Positions 38,343 through 50,392 are shown, counted from the stretch's first letter. The stretch: 64,000 bases of DNA from an uncultured cyanobacterium (GCA_963703315.1 OY969811.1:1728001-1792000), one strand, 5' to 3'. Made by a program: numbers and translations. The notes: generated from the sequence alone by a model not told the origin.

Positions 38343-40517
38343 CTACTTAATGAAAAGCATTTCTTGATAGGTAGGCAATGGCCATAGATCATCAGCCACT
38401 TCACCTTCCAAAGCATCCACAGATGCACGAACTGTATCCATCAAAGGACGGACAGTTTTAGAAAGGAACTGCATATGTTCCTCAGGGGATGCAAAATCAT
38501 GCTTAGTTAGAGCATCGCTCAACTTGCTAACCCCCTCAAGCGCTGACTTAGTTAAAGAAGCTACCTTTTCAAGATTTTCTTTGTCAAAGTCAACACCCAC
38601 TTCCTTGAGACTAATAGCAGTATTTGCCAGATCAGCTAGGTAACGGGTTGCCGCAGGATAAATCAAAGTTTTCACAATGCTGATTACCAACTTCGCTTCA
38701 ACTTCAATCGAGAGAATATATTGCTCAGCATAGGTCTCAAAGCGGCTGGCTAGCTCAACAGGAGAGAGAACCTTGAGCTTATTGAATAATTCTTCGACCT
38801 CTGGCTCTTTCAGAACAGGTAAAGCATCGGCGGTGGTGCGGAGATTGCGCAAGCCGCGCTTTTCGACTGCTTCCTTGTGCCATTCTTCAGAGTAGCCGTT
38901 GCCATTGAAGATGATTGCGCCATGTAATTCCATTACTTGCTTAAGAACAATGGTAATGGCGGTATTTAAATCAACTCCCTTAGCGAGTTCAGCTTCTAGC
39001 TGATCACCGACCCAGTTGAGTGAATCTGCCAAGATGGAGTTCATGGCAACTAAAGGTCCAGACACAGACTGATTAGAACCGACAGCGCGGAACTCGAAAC
39101 GGTTGCCTGTGAATGCAAAAGGTGAAGTACGGTTACGATCGCCAGGATCGGTTGGTAATATGGGCAAAGTATCTACACCAATGTGCATCTGACCTTTGCT
39201 GGTCGAACTCTTCAGATCGCCTTGACGAAGTTGCTCAAATACATCTTCAAGCTGCGAACCCAAGTAAACAGAGATAATTGCAGGAGGAGCTTCGTTAGCA
39301 CCTAAGCGGTGATCGTTACCAGCAGTCGCTACAACTGAGCGCAATAGAGGTCCGTACTTGTGAATACCGCGAATAACTGCACCACAGAATACCAAGAACT
39401 GTGCATTCGAGTGAGGAGTATCACCCGGATCGAGCAAGTTGCCTTGAGTGGCGTTACCAACTGACCAGTTAACGTGCTTACCAGATCCATTGATGCCTGC
39501 AAAGGGCTTTTCATGAAGTAGACAGACAAATCCATGTCTCTTGGCGGTAAAACGCAACATGGTCATGATCATTTGCTGGTGATCAGTTGCCACGTTAGCC
39601 GCTTCAAATACAGGCGCAATTTCAAATTGACCAGGAGCAACTTCGTTGTGACGAGTCTTTGCAGGAATGCCGAGGCGATATAGACGCTCTTCGACATCTT
39701 GCATAAATACTTGGACACGCTCTGGGATTGCGCCGAAGTAATGGTCGTCAAATTGTTGACCCTTAGCCGATGGTTTACCAAAAAGGGTACGACCTGCTAG
39801 CAACAAGTCAGGACGTGCATTGGCAAAGTTGGCATCAACCAAGAAGTATTCTTGCTCAGCCCCACAACTAGAGTTAACAGGGGCAATATCTTTTTCGCCC
39901 AAGATTTTTAAGACTCTAGTAGCAGCTTTATTCATTGCTGCGTTGGAACGCAATAGGGGCGTTTTCTTATCGAGCGCTTCACCAGTCCAAGATACGAAAA
40001 CGGTGGGAATACAGAGGGTGGAACCATTGTCGGTTTCCATGATGTAAGCAGGGCTAGTGACATCCCATGCTGTATAGCCCCGTGCTTCAAAGGTTGAGCG
40101 AATACCGCCATTAGGAAACGAGGAGCCGTCGGGTTCGCCTTGGACTAATAGTTTACCTGCAAATTCAGAGATTGCCGAACCGTCACTCTGGACGGAGATA
40201 AATCCATCATGCTTTTCGGCAGTGGCGTTGGTTAAAGGATAAAAAACGTGGGCATAGTATAGTGCGCCTTTAGAAATCGCCCAATCTTTCATTGCGAGGG
40301 CGATCGCGTCAGCTACTGAGATATCAAGAGGTTCACCAGTTTGAATTGTTTTTTTAATGGACTTAAAAACAGATTTTGGCAAGCATTCTTGCATCTTGCT
40401 CAGAGTAAACACATCGGTAGCCCATAGCTCTTCCAAACGCTTTGGTGCTTTTTTGGGTTGTGGCTCGCGATTAGTGATCTGATAGATAGCTTGAAGGCGT
40501 GACTCGTTTCCGCTCAT
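38343..40517 (-). CDS. glnN: Glutamine synthetase type III
   Basis: 724 aa; [78 protein letters not shown]. Confidence 0.96.
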   Translation of the reverse strand: MSGNESRLQAIYQITNREPQPKKAPKRLEELWATDVFTLSKMQECLPKSVFKSIKKTIQTGEPLDISVADAIALAMKDWAISKGALYYAHVFYPLTNATAEKHDGFISVQSDGSAISEFAGKLLVQGEPDGSSFPNGGIRSTFEARGYTAWDVTSPAYIMETDNGSTLCIPTVFVSWTGEALDKKTPLLRSNAAMNKAATRVLKILGEKDIAPVNSSCGAEQEYFLVDANFANARPDLLLAGRTLFGKPSAKGQQFDDHYFGAIPERVQVFMQDVEERLYRLGIPAKTRHNEVAPGQFEIAPVFEAANVATDHQQMIMTMLRFTAKRHGFVCLLHEKPFAGINGSGKHVNWSVGNATQGNLLDPGDTPHSNAQFLVFCGAVIRGIHKYGPLLRSVVATAGNDHRLGANEAPPAIISVYLGSQLEDVFEQLRQGDLKSSTSKGQMHIGVDTLPILPTDPGDRNRTSPFAFTGNRFEFRAVGSNQSVSGPLVAMNSILADSLNWVGDQLEAELAKGVDLNTAITIVLKQVMELHGAIIFNGNGYSEEWHKEAVEKRGLRNLRTTADALPVLKEPEVEELFNKLKVLSPVELASRFETYAEQYILSIEVEAKLVISIVKTLIYPAATRYLADLANTAISLKEVGVDFDKENLEKVASLTKSALEGVSKLSDALTKHDFASPEEHMQFLSKTVRPLMDTVRASVDALEGEVADDLWPLPTYQEMLFIK

Positions 40518-40551
40518 GATTATTTTTAGGGATTGTTGTCAATTTTCGACC

Positions 40552-40593
40552 ATCATACTTAAGATATGTCTCTCAAATAGATAAAAAAGATAC
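40552..40593 (-). promoter_or_regulatory. NtcA-type class II promoter of glnN
   Basis: Minus strand GTA-N8-ATC (imperfect box), 22 nt, then TATGAT, ending 35 bp upstream of the ATG. Confidence 0.7.
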
Positions 40594-40935
40594 CGAATTG
40601 ATTGCACTTGATTGGTATAAACGCGCACAAAAAAACTAGGGGATCGTAAATTTTTATTTTATTTTTAGATTGAGCGATAGGCGATCGCCGTCCCACTATT
40701 TTTTAGTATTCTTTTCATTATTTCTTCATTTACGAACCTAAAATTGCCTTGTCTTATCAGGGACGCGCAGTCAAAAAGAACCAAATTTTTTTGTTTATCC
40801 GCCGAAGGTGGGTAAACAAATCTATGTACATCGCTTGCTTGAAAAGCTCTATATTAGGGGCTTTATATCTAAATGACTCACAAAGCGGTGTATGTCGAAA
40901 TATGTTATTAAGTTAACTTTAGTTTCATTGTTGAA

Positions 40936-40951
40936 TGTACTAGCAAATACA
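40936..40951. promoter_or_regulatory. Perfect NtcA box
   Basis: TGTA-CTAGCAAA-TACA between glnN and the divergent phycobiliprotein-like gene. Confidence 0.65.
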
Positions 40952-41056
40952 ATTCTATTCTTTATTTATTAGGGGAATTGAGAAATTATTTTCAGATAGA
41001 GATCCGCCGAGCTAAGTATATTTACTAAATTGGTTTAAAGGGGTAAAAAGAAAGCT

Positions 41057-41527
41057 ATGCTAACAGTGAATCGCACTTTAGATGAGAAACTTGCGGACGT
41101 TGACCATATCTATTTAACTGATAGTGATCTGTTTAATTTGGAACGTTTTGCCAATAGTTTTTCAGTCCGCGTCAAGACTTATAATCTTTTGCGCGATCGC
41201 GCTGACGAAATCACGATCCGAACACTTAAGCTCTTGGCTCAGCAATATCCTGAACTAGTTCAAAAGCAATTGCAACGCTGTAAATATGATATGTCTAACG
41301 TAATGCGTTACACATCATTATCAGTATTACGTGATGATGAAGTCTTTTTCAGTGAAACCTTGATGGATTGGCTCGCAAATATCATCAATTCCTATCAAGT
41401 TGCTAAAGAGTGTTCCACTGCTTATCGTCTATTGCAATCAGTGATTGATGAAATGTTGCCTCCTGAATGTGCAGCATTAGTCAAGCCTTATTCAGACATG
41501 GCAATCTCTGCATTACTCAACGCCTAG
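41057..41527 (+). CDS. Phycobiliprotein/globin-fold protein (non-canonical)
   Basis: 156 aa; YLTDSDL..L, RCKYDMSNVMRY resembling the phycobiliprotein C84 motif (CxRDxxxxLRY). Confidence 0.7.
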   Translation: MLTVNRTLDEKLADVDHIYLTDSDLFNLERFANSFSVRVKTYNLLRDRADEITIRTLKLLAQQYPELVQKQLQRCKYDMSNVMRYTSLSVLRDDEVFFSETLMDWLANIINSYQVAKECSTAYRLLQSVIDEMLPPECAALVKPYSDMAISALLNA

Positions 41528-41648
41528 TTTAGCGTTATGCAAAGTGGTTGGACAAGCTATAGAGATTTACCTCCGAGACTCTTGGTAATCAATAGCTCAG
41601 GTTGATGAATGGTCAGGATTTTTTAAGAGAGTTTTTGGAGAAGATGTC

Positions 41649-42974
41649 ATGAATACCTACAGCCCTATTACTGTTGATCGCCAATCTACAGAAGAAGAAC
41701 GTCAAAAAGCTCTTCGTCAGATTTATTTTCAGGTTTTAGAGCGTCAACCCTACGAGTTTGAGCGTAGATTAATCACCAAGATTGAGAAAGATTTTCTCAA
41801 AGGCAAACTTGGGGTGCGTCACTTCATTGGTGAGCTAGTCATGTCACCTGTGTATCTCAATAGTTTTTATCATGACTGTTCAAATCTCAAGTTTGTCGAA
41901 TGGAGTTTTAAGCATATTCTGGGTAGAGCATTGCGAGATAGTACTGAAATTGCTCTATACATGAATTTGTTGATGAAGGAAGGTGTGTCTGCCTTCTTTA
42001 AAGAAATTCTTAGCTCCGAAGAATATCGGAAAGCTTTTGGTAGTTTCACTGTTCCCCATGCGCGAGATATCAAGTTCTATGACTCACCTCGCAACTATCT
42101 CCAAACTGACCTTCTACAACATGAACACGTTGGACAGCGCGGTAAAGTTATTCCTACGATCTATTGGCAACAATTAGGAATGGATTGTGAAACAGGTACT
42201 TGCGTGATGCCTGAAGAGATGCTCCATGATCAAGAAGCAGCCAGTCATTCTGTACATTCGGCGGTAGATCGTCAAAATGCCCTTGCTCAAATCTATGCTC
42301 AGGTACTAGAACGTCAGCCCTATACCTCTGAACGCAAGGAAATTCTTCAGTTAGAACAAGATTTTCTCTGTGGCAAGATTGATGTACGGCATTTTCTAGG
42401 TGCTTTAGTTATGTCTGAGCTATACCTCAACGATTTTTATCGAGATACTTCTAATCTGAAGTTTATGGAGTTTAGCTTTAAACATCTCCTTGGTCGGACT
42501 CCCCATGATAAGGAAGAAATTGGAGTCTATACAGACATATTGACCAAACAAGGTGTTTCTGCATTTTTCCATAGGATCTTTGATTCGGATGAGTACCGCA
42601 AAGCCTTTGGTTTACATACGGTTCCCTATGCCCGTGATGTTAAGTTCCATGAATCGCCTCGTAACTATTTGCAAAGTGACTTGATGCAGCATGAACACGT
42701 GGGGCAAAGGGGAAGATCTGTTCCAAGTCTCTATTGGCAGGAGTTGGGAATGAACTGCGAAACAGGTACTTGTGTCATGCCTGATGATGAGTCTGAGCAT
42801 TCTGTCAAACCTCAGCCTGTACAAAAACAATCTCCAGTGAAGGAACCAATTTCCCGATCGCTCAATGAAGAGATTGAAGAACTGCTCCAAATGTTGCAAA
42901 ACAGTGATGCTAAGCAAGTTTTGCAAAGTATGAATGAAAACCAGCGATCTCTGCTCCGCAATTTGGCTAAATAA
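41649..42974 (+). CDS. Protein with two tandem phycobilisome linker (PBS_linker_poly-like) domains
   Basis: Two copies of QIY.QVLERQPY..E.DFL.GK..VRHF...FKH.LGR...S.EYRKAFG..TVP. Confidence 0.85.
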   Translation: MNTYSPITVDRQSTEEERQKALRQIYFQVLERQPYEFERRLITKIEKDFLKGKLGVRHFIGELVMSPVYLNSFYHDCSNLKFVEWSFKHILGRALRDSTEIALYMNLLMKEGVSAFFKEILSSEEYRKAFGSFTVPHARDIKFYDSPRNYLQTDLLQHEHVGQRGKVIPTIYWQQLGMDCETGTCVMPEEMLHDQEAASHSVHSAVDRQNALAQIYAQVLERQPYTSERKEILQLEQDFLCGKIDVRHFLGALVMSELYLNDFYRDTSNLKFMEFSFKHLLGRTPHDKEEIGVYTDILTKQGVSAFFHRIFDSDEYRKAFGLHTVPYARDVKFHESPRNYLQSDLMQHEHVGQRGRSVPSLYWQELGMNCETGTCVMPDDESEHSVKPQPVQKQSPVKEPISRSLNEEIEELLQMLQNSDAKQVLQSMNENQRSLLRNLAK

Positions 42975-43120
42975 ATAGTAAATAAAAAAACTGGGCTTTG
43001 CCCAGTTTTTTTATTTACTAAAAATATAGATTTAAGAAGAATTTATCAATTTAATAAACTGGGCTTAACCTGATAGTGTCGAGAAACACATAGGATCATT
43101 AATGTATACCTCACGCTTTT

Positions 43121-43750
43121 ATGACATATACATTTTCAAGTTTTGATCTTAATTCTCCAGCTTCTGTAACTGACTGGCGGCGATCGCTCGAAGAAATTTA
43201 TCGCGGACGCACCATGCACACTTACAAAAGTGGACAAATTATTCCCATGTACCCTCATGAAGTATGGGTAGTTTGTCGGGGAGTTGTGCAACTAAATACG
43301 CTGCATCCATCAGGTGATGAAGTTTTGGTTGGTTTTGCCGTACAAGCAATGCCCTTTGGCTTACCTTTGACTAATCTAGAGCCATATCAAGCGATCGCTT
43401 TATCAGATGTAGACTTGATGCGATTTACCATCTCAGAGCTAGAGCAATCACCACAGCTTTATCAAGGTATTTTGCAACATCTAAATCGTCGTCTTCAGCA
43501 AACGGAGTCTTTGTTGGCTCTAGTTAGTAACAAGCGGGTTGAAGAACGCCTAAGACAAATCTTGCTATTGCTCAAGCAAGAAGTTGGCATCGCTGTCGAG
43601 GGAGGAACTCGTCTCACTGTAAGGCTTACCCACCAACATCTGGCTAGTGCCATTAGTAGTACTCGTGTCACGGTCACCAGAGCCATGAAGCTCTTACAAG
43701 ATGAAGGATGGCTCAAGGTTGATCGCGATCGGCATATCATTTTGGTATAG
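43121..43750 (+). CDS. Crp/Fnr-family transcriptional regulator
   Basis: cNMP-like N-terminal domain; RVEERL; LTHQHLASAISSTRVTVTR HTH. Confidence 0.9.
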   Translation: MTYTFSSFDLNSPASVTDWRRSLEEIYRGRTMHTYKSGQIIPMYPHEVWVVCRGVVQLNTLHPSGDEVLVGFAVQAMPFGLPLTNLEPYQAIALSDVDLMRFTISELEQSPQLYQGILQHLNRRLQQTESLLALVSNKRVEERLRQILLLLKQEVGIAVEGGTRLTVRLTHQHLASAISSTRVTVTRAMKLLQDEGWLKVDRDRHIILV

Positions 43751-43827
43751 CATCAGCACAAAAAACAGAAAATAGTTCCTGCGCTCCGCGCAGGAACTAT
43801 AAAAAAAGGGCGCTCAGCGCCCTTTTT

Positions 43828-44379
43828 TTATTTCTTGAGAATGGTTACAACAAGAGCCGTAGTTTCGGTTACAGGTTTCACGCCTTCAGGATAGTTAATC
43901 TCGCTAACATGAACACCCTTACCAATATCAAGATTGGTAATGTCAATTTCAAAGCTTTCAGGAATATCGCTAGGAGCGCAAGCTACACGCACATAGTTCT
44001 TGATCGTGTCAACAGAACCACCGCCAACTTTTACGCCTACGGGTACGCCTACGAAGTGTAGAGGGATATCTACTTCGATCTTCGACTGAGCCTCGATCGC
44101 GAAAAAGCTAAGGTGATAAATCGAATTTTTGAAAGGATGATTTTGAACTTCACGCAATAGTGTTTTGCCTTTAAAGTCGCCATCAGTTACATTTACTTCG
44201 ATCAATGTGTTATTAATCGTGGCTGCTCGTAGCAAGGTTGTGGCTTCTTTTGCATCTAAAGTGATTGAGATTGACTCAGATCCTTTATGTCCATATACAG
44301 TTGCAGGGATTTGTCCATTACGACGGAGCGTACGATTATTCGCAGGAGGACGAGTAGAAGCGTTTATTTGTAGTGCCAT
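43828..44379 (-). CDS. rplY: 50S ribosomal protein L25/Ctc
   Basis: LRRNGQIPATVYG, LLREVQNHP, IPLHFVG.PVGVK.GG, IPESFEIDIT. Confidence 0.95.
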   Translation of the reverse strand: MALQINASTRPPANNRTLRRNGQIPATVYGHKGSESISITLDAKEATTLLRAATINNTLIEVNVTDGDFKGKTLLREVQNHPFKNSIYHLSFFAIEAQSKIEVDIPLHFVGVPVGVKVGGGSVDTIKNYVRVACAPSDIPESFEIDITNLDIGKGVHVSEINYPEGVKPVTETTALVVTILKK

Positions 44380-44431
44380 TTTTATTAATTAATCAAGGTA
44401 ATTGTTTAATGTGGGTGTTAATAGCTAGAAG

Positions 44432-45757
<1,326 letters not shown>

Positions 45758-45953
45758 TCAATAAAATCTCACAATCATCAATCTTCTCAAAAGGTTGTGG
45801 TGTTTGTCAATCACTTTTGTCAAAAATAAGGTTTGGCGATCGCACACGTTTATAAATAAAAAGCGAAATTAAGGCTGGATTCCCTTGGAGTGGGCTTAGG
45901 GAAGAATTTTTGATTTTTACGCTTGAGATAAATTTTTATGGCTTTATTCTCTG

Positions 45954-46040
45954 TTGCAATTGCCAATTAGCGATCGCTGGCAGTTGGTGCAAACTCTCCT
46001 AGATTCCCTACAACGGGAGTCTCAACCAATTGTAAAACGT
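45954..46040 (+). pseudogene. Fragment of an addiction-module antitoxin-like gene
   Basis: LQLPISDRWQLVQTLLDSLQ resembles the N-terminus of small cyanobacterial antitoxin-like proteins; no proper start, and it collides with the DUF433 gene. Confidence 0.4.
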
Positions 46041-46070
46041 GTTCTATTAATGTCTTGGGTAAAGAGAACT

Positions 46071-46382
46071 TTAGAGAACTCCTTGAGCTTTCATCTTGAT
46101 ATAAAAGGGCGATCGCACAGATTGGCTAGTACTTCCTTGAACTTGCTCCCATTCTTCTTTGATTTCTTGGTCAATCTCTTTTTGATGATCGAAGTAATAA
46201 CCCATTGCTGCATGGGCTTCGGCGGGTGTTAGGTAAAGGTGCTGACGACATATTTCTTCGACTGACCAACCATAGGCGAGGTAATCCATGACGATTTGCG
46301 CTACTCGAATGCGTGGTAAGCGTTGCAGTCTGGCGGGTTGGTTGTCGCTTTTTTCGATATGTGGATAACTTAGGGCTAACAT
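46071..46382 (-). CDS. DUF433-family protein (antitoxin-like)
   Basis: RIRVAQIV..Y...GWSVEEI..QH..LTPAEAHAAMGYYFDHQKEID. Confidence 0.85.
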   Translation of the reverse strand: MLALSYPHIEKSDNQPARLQRLPRIRVAQIVMDYLAYGWSVEEICRQHLYLTPAEAHAAMGYYFDHQKEIDQEIKEEWEQVQGSTSQSVRSPFYIKMKAQGVL

Positions 46383-46648
46383 AGTATTTTACTTTTTTAT
46401 AGCTAAGTTGTCATATTTTTACAGTATAGTCTTTACTGATATTGATAAGTTTTGCTTAGATGATGAGCCAATCACAGTTTTTCTATTTCAAACCATCAAA
46501 AACTCTAATGAAGTATTTCCAAATAGAATGGGCTGTAAGTCAGTGGACGCTAGATATTAGCTTGGTAAGATTTAGTAGATATTGCCTAACCTTTACCAAC
46601 ATATTTTAAGTCTATATTTAAGAAGAAATTTTAACGAGATAATGCGTT

Positions 46649-47830
46649 ATGAAACTAGATGTAATGTATTACTGTCAAAATGACGGTTTACCTGACAAGT
46701 GGCTTCTAGAAGAATTTCGATTAGGAAATATCAACTTGATTGTTGGTAAAAATGCATCAGGTAAGACAAAAACCCTTAGAGCAATCAATCTCATAGCATC
46801 ATTACTATCTGGAGAATTAGATGGTACTAGGGGTATTCTTCTTTCAAAAGAATCAAGAGAATGGAAGCTTATCTTTGATACTCATGACAATGAAAACAAA
46901 AAAACTTATATATTAAAAGTTGAGAATGGTCAGGTTGTACAGGAAAAATTTACCATTGGCTCCAAGAATTATTTAGATCGTAATGCGTCAGGTGAAGGTA
47001 TAGTTTGGGCTGAGAGATTAGGTGAAAAAATTGATTTTCAAACTCCTATTTTCGAGGTGGCTGCTTTAAAACGTCGAGACTCTATTCAACATCCTTTCTT
47101 TGAATATCTTTATTCTTGGGCAAGCTCTCTAAGATACTATCAGTTTGGGACAGAGTTGGGTAGAAGAAGTATAATAATAAGTACTAGAAATCTTAATTCT
47201 ATAAGAGAAAATATCGATTTAAAAGATTCTGACCATGTAGTTGGAATTTTTGTGTTAGGTAAAGAAGAACTTGGTGATAAGTTTATTGAAGCGATAAAAT
47301 TAGACATGGCTCAAATAGGATATAAAATATCTGGCATTGGTACTAAATCACCTATTTCTACAGAAGCTCCCCTAGATGGAGAACCTGAATCTTTATATAT
47401 TCAGGAGGTTGATTTGTTTGAAAAAACACAGCAAAATTATATGTCTCAAGGTCTTTTTAGAGCCTTATCTCTAATAATTCAAATTAACTATTCACTTCTT
47501 GCTGAAAAGCCTAGTTGTATATTGATTGATGATATTGGCGAGGGTCTAGATTTTGAGAGAGCTTCAGCTATGATTAAAGTACTGATTAGCAAAGCAGAAT
47601 CTGGTCTAGTGCAATTAATAATGACCACTAATGATCGCTTTATTATGAATGGTGTTCCTCTTGAATACTGGTCAGTAATTGAACGCAAATCTGGCTTAGC
47701 AAAGCTCCATAACATTTATAATTCAAAGCAAATTTTTGACGACTTCAAGTTTACGGGATTGAATAATTTTGACTTTTTCTCTTCTCAGTTTTATCTTGAT
47801 GGGTTTGGTGAAGAGGAGATAGAAAATTAG
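46649..47830 (+). CDS. ABC-like AAA ATPase (AAA_15/AAA_21, AbiEii-like)
   Basis: INLIVGKNASGKT, signature MSQG, Walker B/D-loop ILIDDIGEGLD, QLIMTTN; AT-rich, no HIP1. Confidence 0.85.
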   Translation: MKLDVMYYCQNDGLPDKWLLEEFRLGNINLIVGKNASGKTKTLRAINLIASLLSGELDGTRGILLSKESREWKLIFDTHDNENKKTYILKVENGQVVQEKFTIGSKNYLDRNASGEGIVWAERLGEKIDFQTPIFEVAALKRRDSIQHPFFEYLYSWASSLRYYQFGTELGRRSIIISTRNLNSIRENIDLKDSDHVVGIFVLGKEELGDKFIEAIKLDMAQIGYKISGIGTKSPISTEAPLDGEPESLYIQEVDLFEKTQQNYMSQGLFRALSLIIQINYSLLAEKPSCILIDDIGEGLDFERASAMIKVLISKAESGLVQLIMTTNDRFIMNGVPLEYWSVIERKSGLAKLHNIYNSKQIFDDFKFTGLNNFDFFSSQFYLDGFGEEEIEN

Positions 47831-48531
47831 TGAAAAGACTTGCGATTTTTGTAGAGGGGCAAACAGAAAAAATTTTTGTCAGAAAATTACTTGAAGAGAT
47901 TGCAGGTAAGAGCAACATTGCTATTGCTGAACAAGATATGAAAGGCAAACAGAATAGTAGATTCACCGCATTGACTATGAGCGATCCTGTTACTGCTCAA
48001 ACTAAATATTACGTTCTAATATGTAACTCTGGCAGTGACAATAGTGTTGTTTCTGACATACGTGACCAGTATGCTAGTTTGGTTAGCTCTGGTTACAGTA
48101 AAATAATTGGCTTAAGAGATGTTTATCCGATTCCGATTGCAGACAAGGGTATTTTAGAGCGAAGTTTACGCACAGTATTACCAAAAGGCAATGTAGCTTC
48201 TCATATAGTACTTGCCGTAATGGAAGTGGAAGCATGGTTTTTGGCAGAGTGGAATCATTTCTTAAAGGTTAGCCCAAGTCTGACTCCATCTTTAATTCAA
48301 TCAAACTTAGGATTTAACCCTAAGACTGATGATATGGAGAGTAGGAACCATCCTACTGAAGATTTACGTCAAATTTATCAACTCGCAGGTAAGCCTTACA
48401 ACAAGGCAAGAAACCAAGTAAATAGAGTAGTTTCAAATTTAGATTACGAATTTTTATACTTGCAGCTTGCTGGCATTGTTCCTAGTTTAGGAAAATTCAT
48501 TAGTTATATTGATGACTTTATGATGCTTTAG
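47830..48531 (+). CDS. TOPRIM-like protein (DUF4276-like)
   Basis: IFVEGQTE, GLRDVYP, MEVEAWFLA; start overlaps the ATPase stop. Confidence 0.75.
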   Translation: MKRLAIFVEGQTEKIFVRKLLEEIAGKSNIAIAEQDMKGKQNSRFTALTMSDPVTAQTKYYVLICNSGSDNSVVSDIRDQYASLVSSGYSKIIGLRDVYPIPIADKGILERSLRTVLPKGNVASHIVLAVMEVEAWFLAEWNHFLKVSPSLTPSLIQSNLGFNPKTDDMESRNHPTEDLRQIYQLAGKPYNKARNQVNRVVSNLDYEFLYLQLAGIVPSLGKFISYIDDFMML

Positions 48532-48655
48532 TTACGATCTCACCTTCTGAATCTTTTTCCTAACTATCTCACTACCAGTTCTTAATTTTCTAGCTCCATA
48601 CTACATTTATTCTCAAAGCGATCGCAAGTCTACACTAGCGACCCAGCAATACTTA

Positions 48656-50275
48656 TCAGTTAGCAAAAGAAGATTCGCGATGCTTGATCAACGTCTCCAC
48701 AGGCAAAGCACTCCGCAGATGCTGCCAAGGCAAAACTTGATTCACATCCCAATCATCATGTACATACCAAGCAAGCGTCGGCAACTGTCCCCGCAATTCC
48801 TTAAAGGCACGTTTGTAAGAGCCATCACTCGGTACATCCCCATCGCTATAGCTACAAGCCAGAATCAATAACTTAGTCAAACGGCGATCGCCACGAGAAA
48901 TGAGCGCTTGCACCAGCGAATCTTTGTAACTCTCAGGACGAAAATCAATTCCTTTAGGAAGTAACTTTTTACGGAAGTACTGCATTTTCTTCTCGGCTGT
49001 AGTGCTGACACCCTGCCACTGCCAAGGCGTATGGGATTTCGGAACAAAGGTACTGCAACCAAAGGTAATCTTTAATTTTGGCGCAATCTTACGCAAGGAA
49101 ATTAGCATCTCAATCGTTTGCTCGATATCATCATCATTTTCCATCGGCACACCTGCCATCCCATAGAGCTTCAGAGATTTCAAACCACCAGCCTGAGCGT
49201 TAATTGCCGCTTGCTTAATTTCATCATTATGCAACTTCTTATTAATGATTTCGCGCAAACGTTCAGAACCGCTTTCGATCGCAATGGTCACGGAACGACT
49301 ATCACGAGTAGAGAGAATTCTTGCTAATTTCTCTGTCAGTGTATTGGTACGCACCGAGGCAAGACTAAGGCGCACATCATCAAACTGCGGCTGAGCAAGA
49401 TGATCCAGTAAGGTATCAAATTCAGGATGTTGGGTAATCGATGCACCGAGCAAACCTAAGCGCTTAGTTACAGTGAGTCCTTTAGCGATCGCAGGCATCA
49501 GACTTGACTCCAAACTAGCAGTCCGAAAGGGAAGCGTGAGATAACTCGCCAAACAGAAGCGACACATCTCTGGACAACTCCGCACCACTTCCACCATGAA
49601 AATGCTTTCCCATGCTGCTTTTTCGGTCACAACTGTGGAAGCTGAGAGTGTATTGCCTTTATAGGTTTGCTTATGAATTATGGCAGGGATAGCAGAATCG
49701 ATAGGTTGAATTGCAGTAATTGCGCCATCATCGGATTCGTAGGTAACTGCATAGAACTGGGGAACATAAATTCCATCTAGTTTTGCTAAATGGTGCAATT
49801 TTACTTCACGGCTAGCATGACGCACTTCTTGATAAGCATTAAGGAAGTTCCCAATTAATTCTTCGCCATCACCAAGTAGCACAATATCAAACCATGCGGC
49901 AAATGGCTCAGGATTAGCGGTGAGAACTGGTCCTCCACCAAATACTAATGGATGCTCATCAGTGCGATCGCAAGTATCAATGGGAATCTCAAATTTTTTT
50001 AATGCGGCAAGAATATTGACATAATCCAGTTCCCACGAAAATGAAAAGCCCAAGATCTCAATCTGGCGCGGTAAATCTTCATGGGCATCGGTAAACCAAC
50101 GACTGACATTAACTTGCGATCGCGTGGCTAAGTTTGCCCAAACTCCTTGATAGCCTAGGCTGGTGATTCCTACAGTGTAGGTATTTGGGAAAGCAAAGAC
50201 AATATTTACTGCATCATGGTCTGGTGTAGTTGGGTCAAACAGTAAATATTCGGACTGAAAATAGGATTGATTCAA
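48656..50275 (-). CDS. B12-binding-domain radical SAM protein
   Basis: FPNTY.VGITSLG, GGPVLTANPEP, GDGEE, RSCPEMCRFC (CxxxCxxC); likely TTG start at 50275 because the longer ORF begins inside a palindrome. Confidence 0.9.
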   Translation of the reverse strand: MNQSYFQSEYLLFDPTTPDHDAVNIVFAFPNTYTVGITSLGYQGVWANLATRSQVNVSRWFTDAHEDLPRQIEILGFSFSWELDYVNILAALKKFEIPIDTCDRTDEHPLVFGGGPVLTANPEPFAAWFDIVLLGDGEELIGNFLNAYQEVRHASREVKLHHLAKLDGIYVPQFYAVTYESDDGAITAIQPIDSAIPAIIHKQTYKGNTLSASTVVTEKAAWESIFMVEVVRSCPEMCRFCLASYLTLPFRTASLESSLMPAIAKGLTVTKRLGLLGASITQHPEFDTLLDHLAQPQFDDVRLSLASVRTNTLTEKLARILSTRDSRSVTIAIESGSERLREIINKKLHNDEIKQAAINAQAGGLKSLKLYGMAGVPMENDDDIEQTIEMLISLRKIAPKLKITFGCSTFVPKSHTPWQWQGVSTTAEKKMQYFRKKLLPKGIDFRPESYKDSLVQALISRGDRRLTKLLILACSYSDGDVPSDGSYKRAFKELRGQLPTLAWYVHDDWDVNQVLPWQHLRSALPVETLIKHRESSFAN

Positions 50276-50392
50276 GGTTTCGGCAATAGATCGCAATATC
50301 GCTATTATGCCAGCAATTTTTGATCGCTGAACCAATAGCCATTTTGAAAAGTGTTGCAAAGCAACACTTTTCAAAATGGCTATTGGTTCTAG

